Shown here: positions 9,027 to 16,318 of the stretch, piece by piece
How positions within the stretch are numbered: the stretch's first letter is position 1
Layout: each line of letters begins with the position of its first letter
From: Turneriella sp.
GTDB taxonomy: Bacteria; Spirochaetota; Leptospiria; Turneriellales; Turneriellaceae
Assembly: GCA_965279515.1 (NCBI GenBank)
Contig: CBDIID010000003.1
Span: 2,336,001 to 2,400,000 of the forward strand
Reading direction: 5' to 3'
Length of the DNA stretch: 64,000 nucleotides
Notes under the pieces: generated by a model
What the model was told of the DNA's origin: nothing
What the model saw: the letters and a program-made list of their open reading frames with translations, nothing else
Database searches by the model: none
Made by a program: the position numbers and the translations under genes

Positions 9027-10181
9027 TTAAGCCGACTTCTTTTTCCACAGCGGCTGCTCGTGCGTCAGCGCGGGCTTGCCGATGAACTGGCGGCGGTTAA
9101 ACGACGCCTTGTTTTTGTGTGCCACGATCTGGTAACAGGTCGCATGCCCTTCGGCGGCGATCTGTGTTGACCACGCGAGGAAGGCATCCCACAGGCGGAA
9201 CCAATACGCGTTATAGGCTTTGAGGACATTCTGCTTGTTCTTCAGCCAGTTTTGGTGCCACTGGTTGAGGGTGTTTGAGTAGTGGATGCCCACGGTCTCA
9301 ACACTGCGCACTTCGAAGCCCGCATTCTCAAGCTTCTTGATATACCATTTCAGGGGCATACTCGCGTCTGCGCCGGGGAAGATGTATTTGTTCATGAAGA
9401 GGCCCCAGACAAGGCTTTCCATGTTCCACAGACCTGATTTGAGACCCGCTACCTGCTGGTAGTAGATACCGTCGTCGTCGAGCAGGTTGTAGATCTGTTT
9501 CATGAACTTATTGAAGTTCTTCACACCCACGTGCTCGGCCATCTCAACGCAGGTAATCTTGTCGAATTTCTGCTTCGGAATGTCGCGGTAGTCGATTTTC
9601 AAAACGTCGACTTTACCTTCGAGCTTTTGTTTCTTGATCTGGTTGCTGATGTACTGGTAACCTTGCTCAGCAATCGTAACGCCGGTCACTTTCGCGCCGT
9701 ATTTTTTGGCTGAATTGTAGAGAAGAGTACCCCAGCCGCAACCGATGTCGAGCATCTTGTCGCCTTTTTTGAGGTTAATCTTCTCAGCGATGAGGTCGAT
9801 TTTGTTCTGCTGTGCCTGCTCAAGCGTTTCTTTTCCGGTTTTGTAGATACCGCTGGTGTAAACCATGTATGGCCCGAGGAACCAGTTGAAGAAGTCATTA
9901 CCGATATCATAGTGATCTTGCGCGATGCGTGTATCTTGCGCCTTCGAGTGGATGAGCACCTGCGGCAAAAACTTTGTCAGGAAGAAGCTGTAATGAGAAG
10001 AAACAAATTTAAATTCGAAAATTTCTTTCTTATGCTTCAGCAGTTCTGCAAAGTTATCAACTTTGAGATCAATGTCACCCGCGATGTAGTCTTCGACAAC
10101 GCGAATGATGGGAACTTTCTTTTTGGAGTAACGGCCCTTTAAACTTTTTTTATTGACCGTAACGAAATCAGCTATTTTCAT
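9027..10181 (-). CDS. CFA-synthase-family SAM-dependent lipid methyltransferase (sphingolipid C9-methyltransferase-like)
   Basis: HYDIGNDFF, MVYTSG, LDIGCGWG, EMAEHVG, KYIFPG and HYSNTL. Confidence 0.9.
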   Translation of the reverse strand: MKIADFVTVNKKSLKGRYSKKKVPIIRVVEDYIAGDIDLKVDNFAELLKHKKEIFEFKFVSSHYSFFLTKFLPQVLIHSKAQDTRIAQDHYDIGNDFFNWFLGPYMVYTSGIYKTGKETLEQAQQNKIDLIAEKINLKKGDKMLDIGCGWGTLLYNSAKKYGAKVTGVTIAEQGYQYISNQIKKQKLEGKVDVLKIDYRDIPKQKFDKITCVEMAEHVGVKNFNKFMKQIYNLLDDDGIYYQQVAGLKSGLWNMESLVWGLFMNKYIFPGADASMPLKWYIKKLENAGFEVRSVETVGIHYSNTLNQWHQNWLKNKQNVLKAYNAYWFRLWDAFLAWSTQIAAEGHATCYQIVAHKNKASFNRRQFIGKPALTHEQPLWKKKSA

Positions 10182-10350
10182 TTAACATGAACGGTCGGTC
10201 AGACACACCGACAAGTAATTAACTTTGTTAGTTTAACCAGGCGGTTAAGAATGCGATTAATAAACGAGTACTCGATTGTTATTCATGTCGGCAATATAAA
10301 TACGCGTACGGAGAATCGAGGCCGCGGAATATGACGGACTGGCGGGAATG

Positions 10351-10435
10351 TTAAACGCAGAGTACGCGAAGTTGCGCAAAGGAATCAAAGATAGCAAATC
10401 TCAACTCTGCGTTCCTTTACGCCCTTTGCGGTTCA
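10351..10435. repeat. Inverted repeat element with ~9-bp periodic CGCAGAG/CGCAAAG units
   Basis: aaacgcagag-tacgcgaag-ttgcgcaaag ... ctctgcgtt-cctttacgc-cctttgcggtt. Confidence 0.6.
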
Positions 10436-10511
10436 TAAAAATGGCAATTTCCCCCGCTCAACATATCCCGACCCTCTCTGAAACCGCAGGATCGTTTTCC
10501 GCTTTACGTAA

Positions 10512-10555
10512 CGAACGGCGTTAGATATATGGCTACAGATAACTAACGCCGATAG
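10512..10555 (+). promoter_or_regulatory. Two putative TetR operators (CTAAC-N3-GTTAG-like) upstream of the desaturase
   Basis: cgaacggcgttag and ctaacgccgatag; cggcgttag/ctaacgccg form a perfect 9-bp inverted repeat. Confidence 0.55.
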
Positions 10556-10587
10556 ATATAAATAAGGCGGAGGTTAGGGAGAAACTT

Positions 10588-11382
10588 ATGGCAACTATCC
10601 TGATTTTCTTCGGAGCACACTGGTTTTGCTCCGCATTCGCGCAGACATTCTTTCTGCACCGCTATGCATCGCATAGCATGTTCACCATGTCGAAGGGCTG
10701 GGAAAAGTTCTGGCACCTGTTCACGATTATTGCACAGGGCCCATCGTTCCTTAACCCCCGCGGCTATGCGATCCTGCACCGCATGCACCACCAGTTTAGC
10801 GATACCGAGAAAGACCCGCACAGCCCCCACCATGCGAAAAACTTTTTTGATATGATGCTGAAAACCAAGCACACTTACGACGACTACGCTTATGGCCGCG
10901 TCGAAGCACCTAAGGTTTTTGCGGAAAACACACCTTCCTGGCCGCTCATCGATAACCTCGGGCAATCGTGGGTATTCCGCATCGCCGCGGGCTCACTCTA
11001 TGCTTTCTTTTACATGGCTTTTGTACCCGAAGGCATGTGGTACCTTTACCTGCTGCTACCCGCGCACTGGCTGATGGGGCCCATCCATGGCGCCATGGTA
11101 AACTGGGGCGGGCACAAATACGGCTACGTCAACTACACCAAAACCAAAGACGAGTCGAAAAACACGCTCCCGATTGACTTTCTCATCGGCGGCGAGCTCT
11201 ACCAGAACAACCACCACGCCTTCGGCACGAACCCCAACTTCGCGAAACGCTGGTTCGAGCTCGACACGACCTACCAGATTATGCGCGTCATGAACCTCTT
11301 GCACATCATCCGCTTCAAAAAGACCGCCGAGCCTAAAACTATGGCTCAGCGTTCAGTTTCGACCGAAACTGCGGCGGCTTGA
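10588..11382 (+). CDS. Delta-9-type acyl-lipid/acyl-CoA fatty acid desaturase
   Basis: His boxes HRYASH, HRMHH and QNNHH; DPHSP; GGAG RBS. Confidence 0.93.
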   Translation: MATILIFFGAHWFCSAFAQTFFLHRYASHSMFTMSKGWEKFWHLFTIIAQGPSFLNPRGYAILHRMHHQFSDTEKDPHSPHHAKNFFDMMLKTKHTYDDYAYGRVEAPKVFAENTPSWPLIDNLGQSWVFRIAAGSLYAFFYMAFVPEGMWYLYLLLPAHWLMGPIHGAMVNWGGHKYGYVNYTKTKDESKNTLPIDFLIGGELYQNNHHAFGTNPNFAKRWFELDTTYQIMRVMNLLHIIRFKKTAEPKTMAQRSVSTETAAA

Positions 11383-11423
11383 TTTATCCTTTGCGCGTGA
11401 GTCATCAAGTGGGATTAATCCCT

Positions 11424-12218
11424 GTGGCGATTAATCCCACCGAACGCGCGCTGCGCATCAAAGCGCTGCGCGATAAAAAGTCCGCCGAGCGGGCTTTAAA
11501 AGTGCGCGAGCGCAGCGAACGCATTCGTCTCGCGCGCATCGGCTCAGGCGGAGGCAAAAAAGGCACGCCAAAACACCCGCGCCGTGCGCGCGGTTCCTTA
11601 AGCCGCGACGAAATCATTGAAGCCGCAACGGCGATCGTCAACGAGCATGGCGTCGAAGCGATGAGCATGCGCCGGGTCGCTGAGCGCCTGGGTTGTTCGG
11701 TTGCCAGCCCCTATGCGCATTTTGAGAACCAGGAAGAGATCATGCGCATTCTTGTGATGAACGGCGAGAAGCGCCTCACGCAAGATTTACGCCAGGCACA
11801 GGCAAGTTCGCAGGATGTTTACAAGCAGCTTGACGCCATCGCGCATGGCTACTGGAGCTTTGCCTCGAGAAACCGCGAACTGCACAGGCTGATGTTCAGC
11901 GCTTCGGGTGGTAAACTCTACCGCAGGTCTTTTCCGACTCTGCCAACATCGTACCGTGTGTTCCTCGAAACCATACGCCGCGGCATCGGCTCAGGCTCTA
12001 TCCCCTATTCGCGCCGGGCTTATCCCGGAATCGCACGCACGATGTGGTCGTGGATGTACGGCCTCATTGTGCTCGACCTCAACGGCATGATACGGCATCC
12101 GCAGGGTGCGGACCCGGTCAGAGAAGGCATTGAATTATTCACCAAGCTGCTGAAAAGCGGCGAGTCGCCCAAATTTGACCGCCGCGTTCGCCCGGCCAAT
12201 TTTGAGCAGCCGCAGTAA
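11424..12218 (+). CDS. TetR/AcrR regulator with a basic N-terminal extension
   Basis: LSRDEIIEAA...MSMRRVAERLGCSVASPYAHF HTH. Start is uncertain (GTG 11424 or TTG 11379). Confidence 0.88.
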   Translation: MAINPTERALRIKALRDKKSAERALKVRERSERIRLARIGSGGGKKGTPKHPRRARGSLSRDEIIEAATAIVNEHGVEAMSMRRVAERLGCSVASPYAHFENQEEIMRILVMNGEKRLTQDLRQAQASSQDVYKQLDAIAHGYWSFASRNRELHRLMFSASGGKLYRRSFPTLPTSYRVFLETIRRGIGSGSIPYSRRAYPGIARTMWSWMYGLIVLDLNGMIRHPQGADPVREGIELFTKLLKSGESPKFDRRVRPANFEQPQ

Positions 12219-12226
12219 TCTAACAG

Positions 12227-13000
12227 TTATTTGAATTGCGGGCGTCGGCCGGCCACAGCGGCGGCGATGCCTTCCTGCGCATCGGCAGTCTGAATGCTGG
12301 CGCGCGTTTCGGCGATATCTTCAGCGAGCACCGCTGCGGCCTGTGTGCGCATGGTATGGCGCATCGCCTGCTTGATCGAACGCATGCCCGAGGCAGATGC
12401 GCCGGCGATACGGCGGGCCAGCTTCTGGGCAGCAGCTTCGAGGCTTGCCGCCGGATGCAGTTCGTCGATAAGCCCGATCTCCTTCGCGGCTGCACTTTTC
12501 CACGGTGTTCCGTCCATGACATGTTTCAGCGCCTTGTCATAACCGATGGTATTCTCGAGTAAGCGGCAGACAAAGAGCGGCACACGAATACCGATCTTGA
12601 TTTCAGGCAGGCCAATGCGAGCACCGTCTTCGACCATCAGCCGGTAGTCTGACGCCAATGCCAGCATCGCGCCATACCCCATGGCATGGCCATTCACTTC
12701 AGCCACGACCGGCGCGGGAAAAAAATAGACCTTGTGCAGGATCGCGTAGAAGAGTGTGAGAAACTGCTCGAGCGCAGCGCCATCGGTAATCTGCTGCAGG
12801 CGTTCGAGATTCAGGCCCTGTGAAAAAACTCCAACGGTGCCGCTGCGCAGAACGAGCGCGCGCACACCGGTATTCACGGTAAGTTCGCCCAGCTTCTGGT
12901 CGAATTCCTGGAAACTCTCCAGGTCAAACTGGTTTGCCTCGTTGGTGCGGATTACCAGCGTCCATACGCCCTTGTCTCCGCTGATCATGATTTTTTCCAT
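12227..13000 (-). CDS. Enoyl-CoA hydratase/isomerase family
   Basis: FSQGLNL, VNGHAMGYG and IGLPEIKIG. Confidence 0.93.
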   Translation of the reverse strand: MEKIMISGDKGVWTLVIRTNEANQFDLESFQEFDQKLGELTVNTGVRALVLRSGTVGVFSQGLNLERLQQITDGAALEQFLTLFYAILHKVYFFPAPVVAEVNGHAMGYGAMLALASDYRLMVEDGARIGLPEIKIGIRVPLFVCRLLENTIGYDKALKHVMDGTPWKSAAAKEIGLIDELHPAASLEAAAQKLARRIAGASASGMRSIKQAMRHTMRTQAAAVLAEDIAETRASIQTADAQEGIAAAVAGRRPQFK

Positions 13001-13021
13001 ACGCCCTCCTTGTATAATTTT

Positions 13022-13071
13022 ATATAAAACTATACAGTGGGATATAAAACTATTTACCTTGACGGCGTCAA
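13022..13071. promoter_or_regulatory. Divergent promoter region with a direct repeat and a palindrome
   Basis: atataaaactat at 13022 and 13042; TTGAC-GGC-GTCAA palindrome at 13059-13071 overlapping a -35-like TTGACG. Confidence 0.55.
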
Positions 13072-13095
13072 CATTATTGAAACAGCGTATCCGCT

Positions 13096-13530
13096 GTGCA
13101 CGGTTCGCAGCGCCCCGTTATCAAATACCTCGTGCGTTCCGGTGAGCTTGCGGTAAAAAATCTTGAAGTCGGCATGTCAAAACAGCCGCTGCGCGGTTTG
13201 GCGGCTTCGCACCTTGAAATTATTACCTATCTGCTGCGCAAGGGCCCTGCGACGATGCAGTCCTTGTCGCGCGCCCTCGAACGCGACAAATCTACGGTGA
13301 CGGTTCTTGTGCGCAAGCTCTCTCAGATGGGTTTTGTCGCCAAAAAAGGCGTGGCGGGCGACGGCCGCGTGACGATGGTTTCACTGACGGCAAAAGGTTT
13401 GGCCCTCAGAACACCTGTGCTGCGCGTGTTCGTAAAAACGGAACAGGCCTTGGGAAAAAACCTTTCCGCAGAAGAACGGGCAAACCTGTTTGTTCTGCTT
13501 GAAAAAGTCTACTCGGGGCTGAAGGACTAA
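13096..13530 (+). CDS. MarR family transcriptional regulator
   Basis: TMQSLSRALERDKSTVTVLVRKL..GFV...DGRVTMVSLTAKG. Confidence 0.88.
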   Translation: MHGSQRPVIKYLVRSGELAVKNLEVGMSKQPLRGLAASHLEIITYLLRKGPATMQSLSRALERDKSTVTVLVRKLSQMGFVAKKGVAGDGRVTMVSLTAKGLALRTPVLRVFVKTEQALGKNLSAEERANLFVLLEKVYSGLKD

Positions 13531-14384
13531 AACCGGTAAAAGGCGCGGGTGTTCGCGGTGCAGGCTGCGGCGATAACCTCGACACTCTCCCCGCGCAATA
13601 CCGAAAGGAAATCCAACGTGTGCTTCACATAACCCGGCTGGTTAATTTTGCCGCGGTGCGGAATCGGCGCCAGAAACGGCGCGTCAGTTTCAATCAGCAT
13701 GCGGTCGAGCGGGCAGGCTTTTGCCGCTTCTTGTAACGCCGCTGCGTTCTTGAAGGTGACAATGCCCGAAAAAGAAATATAACAACCCATCGCCAGGAAT
13801 TCTTCCATCTCGGGTTTTGTGCCGGTAAAACAATGAATCAAAGTCGGAATACCTTCGGCTTCGGCTTTCAGCACCGCCACGGTGTCGGCATGCGCGTCAC
13901 GGGTGTGCAGCGCAATGCCGCGGTTCACGCGCCGGGCCGCACGCACGAAGTCAATGAACACCTTCTTCTGGATATCCGCCTGATCGGCGTAATAATGGTA
14001 GTCGAGGCCAATCTCGCCCACCGCAACAAATTTCGGGTCGTCTTTATTCTCTTCGATGAACCTCAGGCCAAAATCGGAATCTTCTGTCGTCGGCGAAGAC
14101 GACATCGTGTCGGCCGCCGACCCAGCGCGTCCATGCGCATTGGTACTCGCTTCGCCGGGGTGGTGGCCGATCGTGTAATAGACGTCGATGAGCTGCGAGG
14201 TATGCGCCAGCGTGCGCGCCCAGAGCATCGCCGCCTTGTCGGCACCGATCTCGACGAGCGCACCCACGCCGTTCTCGGCGAGAGTGCGCGTGACTTCTTC
14301 AACTCCCAGACCCCGCTCTATCACCATGTCCAAGTGGCAGTGAGAGTCTATTAAATTTACCCGTGGCCGGAGTTGAACCGGCAC
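13527..14384 (-). CDS. tatD: TatD family deoxyribonuclease (start uncertain; overlaps tRNA-Leu)
   Basis: IDSHCH, VGEIGLDY, LHTRDA, HCFTG and IETDAPFLAP. The nearest canonical start (GTG CCG GTT CAA) lies inside tRNA-Leu; the frame is open up to GTG 14435. Confidence 0.9.
   Translation of the reverse strand: MPVQLRPRVNLIDSHCHLDMVIERGLGVEEVTRTLAENGVGALVEIGADKAAMLWARTLAHTSQLIDVYYTIGHHPGEASTNAHGRAGSAADTMSSSPTTEDSDFGLRFIEENKDDPKFVAVGEIGLDYHYYADQADIQKKVFIDFVRAARRVNRGIALHTRDAHADTVAVLKAEAEGIPTLIHCFTGTKPEMEEFLAMGCYISFSGIVTFKNAAALQEAAKACPLDRMLIETDAPFLAPIPHRGKINQPGYVKHTLDFLSVLRGESVEVIAAACTANTRAFYRF
14089..14138. repeat. Nested palindromic element inserted in frame in tatD
   Basis: gtcggcg(14089)...cgccgac(14121) encloses cgacatcgtgtcg, plus a gcgcgtccatgcgc hairpin at 14125-14138. 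It encodes the atypical segment NAHGRAGSAADTMSSSPT. Confidence 0.6.
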
Positions 14385-14441
14385 GGCATTGCTGCCCCAG
14401 GATTTTAAGTCCTGTATGTCTACCAATTCCATCACACGGGC
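14358..14441 (-). tRNA. tRNA-Leu (anticodon TAA)
   Basis: GCCCGTG..TGGAATTGGTAGACA..CAGGA CTTAAAA TCCTG, long variable arm, GGTTCAACTCC..CACGGGT A; CCA not encoded. Confidence 0.95.
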
Positions 14442-14453
14442 TCTTTTTAAAAA

Positions 14454-14497
14454 GGCAAAAACAACACACCCCCGTGAGGGGGTGTGTTGTTTTTGCC
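14454..14497. terminator. Perfect 20-bp hairpin between tRNA-Cys and tRNA-Leu
   Basis: ggcaaaaacaacacaccccc-gtga-gggggtgtgttgtttttgcc; followed by TTTTT on the minus strand. Confidence 0.65.
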
Positions 14498-14503
14498 AGA
14501 TTG

Positions 14504-14574
14504 AGGTGTCGCCCGGATTTGAACCGGGGGTGGAGCTTTTGCAGAGCTCTGCCTTACCACTTGGCTACGACACC
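14504..14574 (-). tRNA. tRNA-Cys (anticodon GCA)
   Basis: GGTGTCG TAGCCAAGTGGTAAGGCA GAGCT CTGCAAA AGCTC ...GGTTCAAATCC GGG CGACACC T; U discriminator. Confidence 0.96.
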
Positions 14575-14790
14575 GATTTGGTTGGCGTGAAAACCGAGAT
14601 CGCCGAAGCGACAGCAGCGAAGCGCTTTAGCAGCAACTTCGCCCCGCGAATTTGCGAGGCTGGAGCTTCGGCTCGGTTTTCCGCCAACCGATATTGTGCG
14701 GAAAATACTACGAAAAACACAGGTCGTCAAGGATTAAGGGGGTTGCAAAGCCGTAAACACCTCGCAATACGGCCGTGGCCGGCACTTCGA

Positions 14791-16290
14791 ATGAACTGGT
14801 TCATGAATCGATCACTTTCGCCACCGTTAATCCAGGTCTTGTTATTATCATGTCTGGGCATAGCCTTTCTTTCTGCCTGGCCCCAATTTAACGCCCTAAG
14901 CGCCATCGCACCGCCAGGCCATCCGGTGAGTGCCGCCTTCCGGCTTGTCTCGCAGCTACTGCTGTTTGCCCCGGTGGCGCTGTTGCAACTCATTCCCGAA
15001 CGCCGGAGTATTCAGAGCCCTCGGTGGACATCGTGGATTAACGCGTTGCTGCTTTCCGGAATCATGCTCTATGCATATCTGCCGGCGCCCTTCTTCGATT
15101 ATGTGTGGGATGTTTTTCTCATCGAGAGTATTTTTGTTTTCCTGATTTCACGCATCTGCCTGGTAATTGAAGGCCGCGAAGATTTATTTCCCTGGCCAAT
15201 GCGGGTGTTGCTTTTTAAACTCATGCTGTGTATGGGGATAGTTAAATTTCTGCACGGCATGCCCGAATGGCGCTCCGGTCTGGCGTTAAAGTATTTCTGG
15301 CAAAACCAGCCAATGCCCGGGCACATGGCGTGGTGTCTGGCGCAGTTACCTGATTTCATGCAGCAAATTATGGCGGCGTTTGTTTTTCTGGTCGAGGTAC
15401 CGGGGCCATTTCTGATCTTCGGGGGCGGCAAATCCAGACGGCTGTTTTTTTTCCTGAACCTGATGCTCCAGTTTGGTATCTTCATTTCGGGTAACTATGG
15501 ATTTTTTAATATCCTTACCGTGGTGCTCAGTATTTCTCTATGGGATATGCCAAAGCTAGATGCATTGCAGCATGGTCGTTCTTCCTTACCACCTTTGCAT
15601 CCGTTGTTGAGGAAAATAGTTTTATGCGCCTGCAGCGTTATCCTCGCCGGCTGGTGTTTCACATCACTATGGTATCTGTACCGGTGCGTCTTTCCGGGAC
15701 CAAAATATTTGCACGAGACAAGTTGGATTTTTCTGGGCAATGAAGAGCAGCGCGCCGTACCGGCTCCGATTCGAACCGCACTTAAAGTCTATGCCGCCGC
15801 GAAGATCAGCAATCCCTATGCCCTGTTTGGCATGATACCCAAGTACCGGCTGGAAATCGGCCTGGAAGGCAGCGCGGACGGAGTCGAATGGAAAAAATAC
15901 CAGTTTAAAATCAAACCCGACAAGGCGCAGACCGCACCAATTTGGTACGCTCCGCACCACTGGCGGCTCGATCACCAGATGTATTATGAATCCTTCCGTA
16001 TCCGCGACCCCGCCCTGCATGAAAAATATAGCTACTTTCTGGGCGTGCGGTGGATGCCCCACTTTCTTCATGGGCTGCTCACCCAAAAGCCCGGTATCTC
16101 CCGATTGTTGGAAAACAATCCCTTTCCGGAGCACCCCCCGCTGCGCTTGCGTTTTACCTATACGTTTTACGAGTTTAATAACCGGGACGAATTTCTCGCG
16201 ACACAAAAATACTGGAAAACGACTCCCGCGCGCAGCGGCAAATTTTTTGAAGGCATTCTCGACCTGGGGAATATCCACCAATTACCGTGA
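14791..16290 (+). CDS. Lipase maturation factor (LMF) family membrane protein
   Basis: WDVFLIES, LLFKLMLCMGIVK, QPMP, ISGNYGFFN, NPYALFG and PHHWRLDHQMYY. The ORF-track start at 14389 runs over the tRNAs and was rejected. Confidence 0.85.
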   Translation: MNWFMNRSLSPPLIQVLLLSCLGIAFLSAWPQFNALSAIAPPGHPVSAAFRLVSQLLLFAPVALLQLIPERRSIQSPRWTSWINALLLSGIMLYAYLPAPFFDYVWDVFLIESIFVFLISRICLVIEGREDLFPWPMRVLLFKLMLCMGIVKFLHGMPEWRSGLALKYFWQNQPMPGHMAWCLAQLPDFMQQIMAAFVFLVEVPGPFLIFGGGKSRRLFFFLNLMLQFGIFISGNYGFFNILTVVLSISLWDMPKLDALQHGRSSLPPLHPLLRKIVLCACSVILAGWCFTSLWYLYRCVFPGPKYLHETSWIFLGNEEQRAVPAPIRTALKVYAAAKISNPYALFGMIPKYRLEIGLEGSADGVEWKKYQFKIKPDKAQTAPIWYAPHHWRLDHQMYYESFRIRDPALHEKYSYFLGVRWMPHFLHGLLTQKPGISRLLENNPFPEHPPLRLRFTYTFYEFNNRDEFLATQKYWKTTPARSGKFFEGILDLGNIHQLP

Positions 16291-16318
16291 GTTTCAAACC
16301 GGCAGACGGCAAAATTCT

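Noticed and set aside
14773..14782. ccgtggccgg, identical to the tRNA-Leu 3' end (14361-14370), as a possible att site
   Set aside because: Only 10 bp, lies upstream rather than downstream of the tRNA, and there is no integrase in the window.
14389..14790. 5' extension of the LMF ORF across both tRNAs
   Set aside because: Antisense to well-formed tRNAs; the hydrophobic LMF-like sequence starts near 14791/14803.
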